Origin: Rhabdothermincola salaria | GTDB taxonomy: Bacteria; Actinomycetota; Acidimicrobiia; Acidimicrobiales; Acidimicrobilacustridaceae | Assembly (NCBI RefSeq): GCF_021246445.1 | Contig: NZ_JAJQXW010000003.1 | Span: forward strand, 186,001 to 250,000 | DNA: 64,000 bases | Direction: 5' to 3' | Shown here: piece after piece, positions 20,421-28,143 of the stretch | How the letters are laid out: every line of letters begins with the position of its first letter | Numbering within the stretch: position 1 is the stretch's first letter | Notes under the pieces: model-generated | What the model saw: only the letters and a program-made list of their open reading frames with translations | The model's database searches: none | What the model was told of the DNA's origin: nothing | Program-made: the position numbers and the translations under genes

Positions 20421-20554
20421 TGTCAGAACCAGCGTGCCGGGGGTGAGGTGGGCGCCTCGTCGTGTGGTCCACGACAGGACTCATTGCGGTAGTTCGACGG
20501 CCGGGTTACGTTGCAGGCGCCTCTCGGGGGAGGGGCATTCCTGGCGGAGGACTC

Positions 20555-21058
20555 ATGGTGGACAAGGTCAACGTGCTGCTCCCGGCGATCGCAGTGTCGA
20601 AGTACGTGCGTGTCGGTGTGGTGGCGATTGGTCTCACGGGTGCTCTGGCTGGGTGTGGCTCGACGACGGACAGCACGGCGACGACCACCACCACGCAGGC
20701 TCCTGCCGCGACTGGCACCTCAGACGTAGTGTCGCCGCCGATCACCTGGGGTGGTGGGGGAGACATCGGCGGGATGGAGGCCATCATCATCGGCGACCTG
20801 GACAGCGACGGGCACTGCTGGGGGATTGACCTCATTGGCGACGAAGGGCGAGCCCTGGTCGCATGGCCGAAAGGCACCCAAGCCGAAGGTGACGCGGTTC
20901 GCTTCCCAGACGGGTCCCTCCACCGGCCGGGGGATCGGCTCGAGGATGCCGGGGGCCGCGTATCCCTCGACGCGAATCTGGCCTCGATGATCGGCGCCGA
21001 GGCCGAACGCCTCCAGTCGTGCCGCCAAGGCGAAACCGACGTTGTCTTCATCAACTGA
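20555..21058 (+). CDS. Putative lipoprotein (cassette cargo)
   Basis: GGAGG RBS, lipobox LAGC, Thr-rich linker, GDL..GHCW..LVAWPKGT domain. Confidence 0.7.
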   Translation: MVDKVNVLLPAIAVSKYVRVGVVAIGLTGALAGCGSTTDSTATTTTTQAPAATGTSDVVSPPITWGGGGDIGGMEAIIIGDLDSDGHCWGIDLIGDEGRALVAWPKGTQAEGDAVRFPDGSLHRPGDRLEDAGGRVSLDANLASMIGAEAERLQSCRQGETDVVFIN

Positions 21059-21119
21059 CCCCCAACGACCGGTCACGCAAGGCGGGGGTTCGCCGTCGGC
21101 TCCCGTCCCTGCGAGACCT

Positions 21120-21146
21120 GGGGCCGTCATTGGCGCTGATGGGCAC
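21120..21146 (+). repeat. Degenerate terminal cassette-boundary site K
   Basis: GGGGCCGT-CA-TTGGCG-CTG-ATGGGCAC. Confidence 0.45.
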
Positions 21147-21245
21147 CTCACGGTCCTGCCACCAGCGACCTGACCAATCTCACACGCCACGGAGCGCCGC
21201 CTCGCCGCACTAGCTCGGCGCCCACGCCCATCGCACCACAGTCCA

Positions 21246-21277
21246 TCGGTGGCTCGGTGGCTCGGTGGCTCGGTGGC
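21246..21277. repeat. Simple sequence repeat (TCGGTGGC)x4
   Basis: Four perfect 8-bp copies upstream of nucS. Confidence 0.95.
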
Positions 21278-21350
21278 GCCGGGGGTGCCATCAATGTGCC
21301 GATATGGGACGGCCGAGCGGAGTCATCGGCTCACCTAGCCTGGCGGGGTC

Positions 21351-22010
21351 ATGCGTCTCGTCATCGCCCGCTGCTCGGTGGACTACGACGGCCGGTTGTC
21401 GGCCCATCTCCCCCTCGCTCCCCGCCTGATCATGGTGAAGGCGGACGGGTGCGTGGCCATCCACGCCGACGGCGGGGCCTACAAGCCGCTGAACTGGATG
21501 AACGCGCCGAACCGCCTGGTGGAGGAGGAGGGCCGCTGGGTGGTCACCAACCCCAAGGGCGAGACCCTCACGATCACCCTCGAGGAGGTCCTCCACGACT
21601 CGGCCCACGAGCTCGGGCTCGACCCGGGGCTGCAGAAGGACGGCGTGGAGGCCCACCTCCAGGAACTGTTGGCGGCCGACCCCAACACGATCGCCGACGG
21701 CCTGGTGCTGGTCCGCCGGGAGTTCCCCACCGACATCGGCCCGGTCGACCTGCTCTGCCGCGACGGTGACGGCCGGGCCATCGCCGTCGAGGTCAAGCGG
21801 CGGGGCGACATCGACGGCGTCGAGCAGCTGGCCCGCTACCTCGAGCGCCTCGAGCGCGACCCCACCCTCCGGCCGGTGCGGGGCATCTTCGTCGCCCAGC
21901 AGATCAAGCCCCAGGCCAAGGTCCTGGCCGCCGATCGCGGCATCGACTGCGTCGAGGTGGACTACGACGAGCTCCGTGGCATCGAGTCCAACGTCCTGAA
22001 GCTCTTCTGA
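21351..22010 (+). CDS. nucS: Mismatch-specific endonuclease NucS/EndoMS
   Basis: [55 protein letters not shown]-terminal clamp-binding-like LKLF. Confidence 0.97.
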   Translation: MRLVIARCSVDYDGRLSAHLPLAPRLIMVKADGCVAIHADGGAYKPLNWMNAPNRLVEEEGRWVVTNPKGETLTITLEEVLHDSAHELGLDPGLQKDGVEAHLQELLAADPNTIADGLVLVRREFPTDIGPVDLLCRDGDGRAIAVEVKRRGDIDGVEQLARYLERLERDPTLRPVRGIFVAQQIKPQAKVLAADRGIDCVEVDYDELRGIESNVLKLF

Positions 22011-22212
22011 CCCCTGCCCCGCAGAGAGGGAAGCGGCACGCCCGCCGCCGCTGCTGGGTCACGCCGAACCATCCCGTCCGCACCACCGAGCCTTCTCGGC
22101 CTCGTCCCCGCCCGGCCTGCCTCCCGCTGATCGGGCGCGCATAGGCTCCGGCCCGGTGTCAGCGGCACCGAGAGCGACCTCGGTCGTCCGTCGGCCAACT
22201 TCGGGGGAGTCG

Positions 22213-23397
22213 ATGACCACTGACACGGCGGGCGATACCGACCCGGTCGAGGCCTTCGCCCAGACAGCATCGACGATGCCCGCGGGTGATCTGGCGGCCA
22301 TCGTGATCGCGGCCGGAAGCGCACTCGGGGCCGCGTCGGTCCGCTTGCTCGTCGCGGACTACGCCGTGTTGTCCCTCCACGAGCTCGGTGACACCGATCC
22401 GGATGCTCGCCAGACCCCGATCGAGGGCACGCTCGCGGGACGAGCGTTCGTGCGAGAGGAGGTCGTGGTGTCCGGCGACGGCCCCATCACCGTCTGGGTG
22501 CCACTGACCGAGGACAGCGAACGCGTCGGCGTCCTCCAGTTGGAGTTCACCTCCTGGGACGAGCAGATGCTCCCCGGGATCGAGGCCACGGCCCACATGC
22601 TGACGCTCATCGTGCTCAGCAAGCGGCGCTACACGGATGCCCTCTTCCGGAGTCGCCGAAGCGAGCCCCTCTCGGTGGCGGCCGAGATCCAGTGGGATCT
22701 GCTGCCCCCGCTGTCGTACGTGACCGACGAGGTGTCGATCTGCGGGATGCTCGAACCGGCCTACTCGATCGGCGGTGATTCCTTCGACTACGCAGTGAAC
22801 GGCGATCACGTGGAGTTCAGCATCGTCGATGCCGTGGGCCGTGGGATGCCGGCAGTGCTGAAATCAGTGCTCGCCATCAACACGCTCCGCAACGCCCGCC
22901 GAGAGCAGATCCCGCTCGAGTCCGCCTACCTCCACGCCGGCGAGCTGCTCGCCGAGGAGTGGCACGATTCGAGCTTCGTGACCGGTCAGATCGCCTCGCT
23001 CGAGCTGGCGACGGGCCGACTCTCCTGGCTGAACGCCGGCCATCCCCTTCCGCTACTGGTGCGCGGCGGACGCTGCGTGGGCGAGCTGCACTGCCGGCCA
23101 TCGCTCCCGATGGGACTCGGAGGCGAGGTGGTCGAGGTGGCGAGCAATCACCTCCAGCCGGGTGATCGGGTGCTCTTCTACACCGACGGCGTGACCGACA
23201 CGAGGTCGGCCGACGGTGAGCCGTTCGGGCTGCCCCGCCTCATCGACTACCTGGAGCGGGCCACGCTCGACCGAGTGCATCCCACCGAGACCGTCCGCCA
23301 TCTGTCCGCGTCGATCGTGCACCACAACGGCATCGGCCTCAGCGACGACGCCACCCTTCTGCACCTCGAGTACCGCGGGCAGCACACCAGCTCCTAG
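22213..23397 (+). CDS. PP2C/SpoIIE-family Ser/Thr phosphatase
   Basis: AEIQWDLLPP, GGDSFDY, DAVGRG, NAGHPLP, YTDGVT, DDAT. Confidence 0.9.
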   Translation: MTTDTAGDTDPVEAFAQTASTMPAGDLAAIVIAAGSALGAASVRLLVADYAVLSLHELGDTDPDARQTPIEGTLAGRAFVREEVVVSGDGPITVWVPLTEDSERVGVLQLEFTSWDEQMLPGIEATAHMLTLIVLSKRRYTDALFRSRRSEPLSVAAEIQWDLLPPLSYVTDEVSICGMLEPAYSIGGDSFDYAVNGDHVEFSIVDAVGRGMPAVLKSVLAINTLRNARREQIPLESAYLHAGELLAEEWHDSSFVTGQIASLELATGRLSWLNAGHPLPLLVRGGRCVGELHCRPSLPMGLGGEVVEVASNHLQPGDRVLFYTDGVTDTRSADGEPFGLPRLIDYLERATLDRVHPTETVRHLSASIVHHNGIGLSDDATLLHLEYRGQHTSS

Positions 23398-23449
23398 ACC
23401 GAGGAGGGAGACCGGTCCGAGCCGGAATCGGGGACCCGACCAGGCGAGC

Positions 23450-23980
23450 TCACTCGATCGGGCACCACTGCTCCTCGAGGCCGGCCAGGGCCGAGAAGCG
23501 CCCGACCAGGCACATCACACACAGCAGACCGATCTCGACGATCTGCTCGGGGGTGAAGTGGCGGCGCAGCTCGGCCTTGTCGGCCTCGGTGATCGACAGG
23601 TGGTCGGTGGCGAAGGTGGTGGCGAAGGTGACCGCGGCGAACTCTGCCTCGGTCATGTCGCGACGCTCGCCCTCGCCGATCTCGGCCACCAGCTCCTCGG
23701 TGAGCCCGGCCTCGACGGCCGCCGGGTGGCGCCCCGCCATGCACACCTGGCACCGGGTGGTCTGGGCCACCGCGATGCGGACCAGCTCGGTGAGACGAGG
23801 GCCGAGGTGGTTGTCGAAGCGCAGCTGGCCATAGACCTCGTTGTAGCGCCGGAAGTGGTCCGGGGCGTGGGCCATCATCCGGATGAAGTCGCGCAGGCCG
23901 GGCCGCTGGGTTCCCTCCCACTGCGCCCGCAGGTCGTCGGGCAGCTCCTCCACCGGCACCAACGGCACGAACTCGTCCAT
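23450..23980 (-). CDS. Carboxymuconolactone decarboxylase/AhpD family protein
   Basis: ELVRIAVA..CQVC..H and FTPEQIVEI. Confidence 0.85.
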   Translation of the reverse strand: MDEFVPLVPVEELPDDLRAQWEGTQRPGLRDFIRMMAHAPDHFRRYNEVYGQLRFDNHLGPRLTELVRIAVAQTTRCQVCMAGRHPAAVEAGLTEELVAEIGEGERRDMTEAEFAAVTFATTFATDHLSITEADKAELRRHFTPEQIVEIGLLCVMCLVGRFSALAGLEEQWCPIE

Positions 23981-24012
23981 CGCACTACCCCTCTCGTAGG
24001 TACTGAAGGCGG

Positions 24013-24049
24013 CGAGGCCAGGGCGGGAGCGAACCCGGTCCTGGCCTCG
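24013..24049. terminator. Stem-loop downstream of the SDR gene
   Basis: CGAGGCCAGG...CCTGGCCTCG inverted repeat. Confidence 0.55.
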
Positions 24050-24061
24050 GCGTCGGTCGGA

Positions 24062-24970
24062 TCAGGCCTGGCGGTCCTGGCCGAACATGTCGGCGTTGGG
24101 CCGGGCATCGGCCATGAGCGACTCCACCACGGCTCCCATCGCGCTCGGGTCGTGGGTGGGCGCCTCGACGGTGGGACCACGGTGCCAGCCCTCGGCCACC
24201 GCCAGGTGCGTGCCGCTCACGTCGAAGACCCGCCCGGTGACGCCCTTGGACTCCGAAGAGGCCAGCCAGGTGACGATCGGGGCGATCCACTTCGGCGACA
24301 GCTGCTCCTTCATCTCGTCGGAGGCCTGCCCCATGCCCAGGTTCTCGGTGAGGCGAGTGAGTGCCGCCGGGGCGATGGCGTTGACGGTCACGCCGTAGCG
24401 GGACAGCTCGTCGGCGGCGATGATCGTGAAGCTGGCGATGCCCGCCTTGGCCGCGCCGTAGTTGGTCTGGCCGACGTTGCCGTAGATGCCCGAGGGCGAG
24501 GTGGTGTTCACGATGCGGGCGTCGACCTCCTCGCCGGCCTTCGAGCGCTCCCGCCAGTGAGCGGCGGCGAAGTGCGCCGGCCCGGCCGTGCCCTTCAGGT
24601 GCACCTTGATGACCGCGTCCCACTCGCCCTCGCTCATGTTGGCCAACATGCGGTCGCGCAGGATGCCGGCGTTGTTGACGAGCACGTCGAGGCGGCCGAA
24701 GTGCTCGACCGCCTGGGCCACGATGCGCTCGGCGCCGGCCCACTCGCTGATGTCGTCGGTATTGGCCACCGCCTCACCGCCGGCGGCGGCGATCTCGTCG
24801 ACGACCTGCTGGGCCGGACCGGCGTCGGTGCCGGTGCCGTCGGCCGCACCCCCGATGTCGTTGACGACCACCTTGGCGCCGTGCTCGGCCAGCATCAGTG
24901 CGTACTCGCGCCCGATGCCCCGCCCCGCACCCGTGATGATGCAGACCCGTCCCTCGCACAGTCGTGCCAT
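24062..24970 (-). CDS. SDR oxidoreductase (resembles the mycobacterial Rv3548c type)
   Basis: TGAGRGIG, NNAGILRDRM, YGAAKAG. Confidence 0.92.
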   Translation of the reverse strand: MARLCEGRVCIITGAGRGIGREYALMLAEHGAKVVVNDIGGAADGTGTDAGPAQQVVDEIAAAGGEAVANTDDISEWAGAERIVAQAVEHFGRLDVLVNNAGILRDRMLANMSEGEWDAVIKVHLKGTAGPAHFAAAHWRERSKAGEEVDARIVNTTSPSGIYGNVGQTNYGAAKAGIASFTIIAADELSRYGVTVNAIAPAALTRLTENLGMGQASDEMKEQLSPKWIAPIVTWLASSESKGVTGRVFDVSGTHLAVAEGWHRGPTVEAPTHDPSAMGAVVESLMADARPNADMFGQDRQA

Positions 24971-25076
24971 CTGTGTCTCCTTCGTCGCCGGCGCCCCTCG
25001 CCGGTCGGTCGTACGACGAGACTACGCGGGCCCTCCCGGGCCGGCACCGGGGCCCCGACCGAGAAAACCGTCCCCA

Positions 25077-25096
25077 CCTACCGACCAGTCGGTAGG
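25077..25096. promoter_or_regulatory. Palindromic operator (TetR-like) overlapping the desaturase -10 box
   Basis: CCTACCGAC-CA-GTCGGTAGG; TAGGCT at 25093-25098 is 6 nt before the GTG. Confidence 0.65.
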
Positions 25097-25104
25097 CTGT
25101 CGCC

Positions 25105-26259
25105 GTGACCGCCACCGACTCGACGCCCACCCTGGAACCAGCGGCACCCGAGGCCCCGGCCCGAGGCTCGCTGAAGCCCGTCCTCGACGTCATCCCCCCC
25201 GAGGCCTACGAGAACCCAACGTGGAAGGGCCTCGCCTACCTGGCCCGCGACCTCGTGCTCTACGCGCTGGTGGTGGCCGGCCTGATCCTCGTCGACAACC
25301 CCATCGCGGTGGTGGCCCTGTGGGTGCTGTCGGGCCTGGTCATCTCCGGGCTTTTCGTCATCGCCCACGACGCCGCCCACGGCGCGCTGTTCGCCAGCAA
25401 GCGGATGAACCGGGTGGTCGGCACCATCGCCATGCTCCCGGCCTGGCACGTCTACGAAGGCTGGGTTCTCGGCCACAACCGCATCCACCACGCCTACACC
25501 GTGCGGGAGGGGTACGACTTCGTGTGGCACCCCTACACCCCCGAGCAGTACGCGGCCATGTCGCCGTTGGGCCGGCTGCGCCACCGCATCGAGTGGTCCT
25601 GGCTCGGGGCCGGCGCCTACTACCTGCGCGAGGTGTGGTGGCACAAGATGATCGTCGGCGCCCCGCCCAAGCGCTGGGCCGCCGCCGTGCGCCGCGACCG
25701 CATCCTGGTGTGGTCGTTCGTGGCCCTGGCCACCCTCGCCCTCGGCGCCCTCGGGTGGGCCATGGACGGCACCGTGGTCGGTGCCGTGTGGATGGTCGTG
25801 AAGGTGCTGGTGGTGCCCTTCCTCGCCTTCACCTACGTGATCGCCACGTTCGTGCACGTCCACCACATCCAGCCCGACATCCGCTGGTACCGCCGGCGCG
25901 AGTGGACCAAGTTCAAGGGCCAGATGGAGGGCACCACGGTGCTGCGGGCCCGCTTCGGGCTCAACTTCTTCTTCCACTGGATCATGGTCCACGTCCCCCA
26001 CCACGTGGACATGCGCATCCCGATGTACAACCTCGAGCTGGCCACCGCCGCCATCGACGAGGCCTTCCCCGGCACGGTCCACGACGAGCCGCTGCGCTTC
26101 CGTGACTTCGTTGCCAACACCCGCAAGTGCCGGCTCTACGACTTCGACGAGGGCCGGTGGTTCACCTACCGCCAAGCCCGCGAGCACCTCGCCGCCGCGC
26201 CCCCGACCCAGGCCGAGCAGCCGACCTCCGCCGGCCTGGCCACGGCGCCGGGAGCCTGA
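25105..26259 (+). CDS. Membrane fatty acid desaturase (delta-12/omega-6-like)
   Basis: His boxes HDAAH, HNRIHH, HVPHH and IPMYNL. Confidence 0.92.
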   Translation: MTATDSTPTLEPAAPEAPARGSLKPVLDVIPPEAYENPTWKGLAYLARDLVLYALVVAGLILVDNPIAVVALWVLSGLVISGLFVIAHDAAHGALFASKRMNRVVGTIAMLPAWHVYEGWVLGHNRIHHAYTVREGYDFVWHPYTPEQYAAMSPLGRLRHRIEWSWLGAGAYYLREVWWHKMIVGAPPKRWAAAVRRDRILVWSFVALATLALGALGWAMDGTVVGAVWMVVKVLVVPFLAFTYVIATFVHVHHIQPDIRWYRRREWTKFKGQMEGTTVLRARFGLNFFFHWIMVHVPHHVDMRIPMYNLELATAAIDEAFPGTVHDEPLRFRDFVANTRKCRLYDFDEGRWFTYRQAREHLAAAPPTQAEQPTSAGLATAPGA

Positions 26260-26318
26260 CCCGCCCCGGTCAACGGGTTTGGTCGAGGAGCCTCCCCCTC
26301 CTGAGCGGGGAAGGTCGG

Positions 26319-26807
26319 CTACTCGCCGTCGGGGTCGAGGTCGGGACGCCCTTCCGGACCCCAGTCGTAGCCGAGCGCGTCGAGCCAACGGGCGATCTCG
26401 GCCACCCGCCACGACACCGTGCCCGGATGCTGCGGATCGTCGAAGCCGACGATGAGCGCCGCCTTCTCGAGCACCCGGGCGTCGGGCGCCGACGTGGAGA
26501 CCGAGGTGATCTCCGAACGGGCCAGCACATGGGTGCGCCGCGGCGCCCAGGTGACGAACACCAAGGTGTCGTCGCTGGCCGCCAGCACGCCCTGGCCCCG
26601 TAGCCCGCCGGCCTCCTCGGGCTCGGACCCGAAGCCGACGGCCTTGGGTTCGATCAGCCGGACCCGATCACGACCACCGAGGGCGTCGCGGGCCTCGGCG
26701 ATGGCGGCGTCGGCCCGCTTCTGCAGGATGGGGTTGAACGCCAGCGCGGCCACGGCGAGCAGCACCACGATGGCGATCAGGACGATGACGACGACGTTCA
26801 CGTTCAC
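26319..26807 (-). CDS. Hypothetical membrane-anchored protein
   Basis: N-terminal TM followed by a beta-rich domain ([15 protein letters not shown]). Confidence 0.7.
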   Translation of the reverse strand: MNVNVVVIVLIAIVVLLAVAALAFNPILQKRADAAIAEARDALGGRDRVRLIEPKAVGFGSEPEEAGGLRGQGVLAASDDTLVFVTWAPRRTHVLARSEITSVSTSAPDARVLEKAALIVGFDDPQHPGTVSWRVAEIARWLDALGYDWGPEGRPDLDPDGE

Positions 26808-26877
26808 GTTCCTCACACGAGCGGGGACGGAGACATCCCGAGCCGGATCTTGCCAGAGGCCACCGGCCGGTACGGTC

Positions 26878-27237
26878 ATGGTTGTGATCGAGGTCAGCCT
26901 GGACCGCTTCGAGGAGCTCGTCGCCGACGCCCTCGACGCCCTGCCCCCCGCCCTGGGCCAGCTCATGGACAACGTCGTGGTCTTCGTCGAGGACGACCAC
27001 GAGGAGGGGATCCTCGGGCTGTACGAGGGCATCCCCCTCACCGAGCGCGAGCAGTACGGCGTGGGCTGGGGCGAGCTGCCCCTCCCCGACCGCATCACCG
27101 TGTACCGCCTCCCGATCTGCCGGCTGGCCCGCGACGAGGACGACGTGGTGGAAGAGGTGCTGGTGACGGTCGTGCACGAGGTGGCCCACCACTTCGGCAT
27201 CGACGACGACCGTCTGGTCGAGCTGGGCTGGGACTGA
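26878..27237 (+). CDS. Zincin-like metallopeptidase family protein
   Basis: [31 protein letters not shown]. Confidence 0.92.
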   Translation: MVVIEVSLDRFEELVADALDALPPALGQLMDNVVVFVEDDHEEGILGLYEGIPLTEREQYGVGWGELPLPDRITVYRLPICRLARDEDDVVEEVLVTVVHEVAHHFGIDDDRLVELGWD

Positions 27238-27286
27238 GCCATCGCCGCGGGCGGGTCGGCGCGAGGCCCGCCCCTCCTCGCGGTGG

Positions 27287-28090
27287 TCAGTGCTTGTGGT
27301 GGTGGTGCTTCTTCTTGGTCGACGGCAACGCCTGGCCTTCGTCGCCGTGCTTGTCGACGTGGCGGTGCACGGCCAACGCCGCCCCGACGATGCCGGCCTG
27401 GTTGAGCAGCTCGGCGGGCACCACCTCGGTGCGGCACGTCAGCAGCGGGACGAAGTGCTCGGCCTTCTTCGAGACCCCACCGCCGAGGATGAACAGGTCG
27501 GGCCAGAACAGGTCCTCGAGCATCACCAGGTACTCGCTGACCCGGGCCGCCCAGTCCTCCCACGACAGCTCGTCGCGCTCCCGCACGGAGTTGGCCGCCC
27601 ACTTCTCGGCCCCGTCGCCGCGCAAGGGGAGGTGCCCGAGCTCGGTGTTGGGCACGAGGCGTCCGTCGACCACCAGCGCGCTGCCGATGCCGGTGCCCAG
27701 GGTGAGGGCGATGACCAGCCCGGGCTCGCCGTGGGCGGCACCGAAGCGGGCCTCGGCCTCGCCGGCCGCGTCGGCGTCGTTGACCACCGTGACCGGTCGA
27801 CCGGTGGCCTTGGTGAACAGCTCGGCGGCGTGCAAGCCCACCCAGGCGTCGTCGAGGTTGGCGGCGGTGTGGACCATGCCCCCCTTGACGACACCAGGGA
27901 ACGTGCACCCGATGGGGCCGTCCCAGTCGAAGTGCTTGACGCACTCGGCGAGCACCGTCGACACGGCATCGGGCGTGGCCGGCTTGGGGGTGAGGAGGCG
28001 GAGCCGATCGGTGAGCAGCCGGCCCCGCTTGGTGTCGACCACGGCCCCCTTGATGCCGGTGCCGCCGATGTCGATGCCCAGAGCCTTCAT
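27287..28090 (-). CDS. ppgK: Polyphosphate glucokinase (ROK family)
   Basis: [44 protein letters not shown]. Confidence 0.9.
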   Translation of the reverse strand: MKALGIDIGGTGIKGAVVDTKRGRLLTDRLRLLTPKPATPDAVSTVLAECVKHFDWDGPIGCTFPGVVKGGMVHTAANLDDAWVGLHAAELFTKATGRPVTVVNDADAAGEAEARFGAAHGEPGLVIALTLGTGIGSALVVDGRLVPNTELGHLPLRGDGAEKWAANSVRERDELSWEDWAARVSEYLVMLEDLFWPDLFILGGGVSKKAEHFVPLLTCRTEVVPAELLNQAGIVGAALAVHRHVDKHGDEGQALPSTKKKHHHHKH

Positions 28091-28143
28091 GGCGCGGGAG
28101 TCTGCCACGTGCGGACGCGTCGAGGGGGCGGGCAGGGCCCGGT

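Larger units (their letters stand above)
15930..21150. mobile_element. Putative gene-cassette array: about 9 units delimited by co-oriented 26-30 bp sites, no recombinase in window
   Basis: Unrelated short ORFs in mixed orientation, visibly more A/T-rich codons than the flanks, one unit per interval between repeats. Confidence 0.65.

Noticed and set aside
16190..21146. Classical integron/attC or CRISPR reading of the boundary repeats
   Set aside because: The sites are only ~30 bp, lack paired RYYYAAC/GTTRRRY and L boxes, and no intI is present. The intervals are whole genes of about 0.25-1.7 kb, not spacers.
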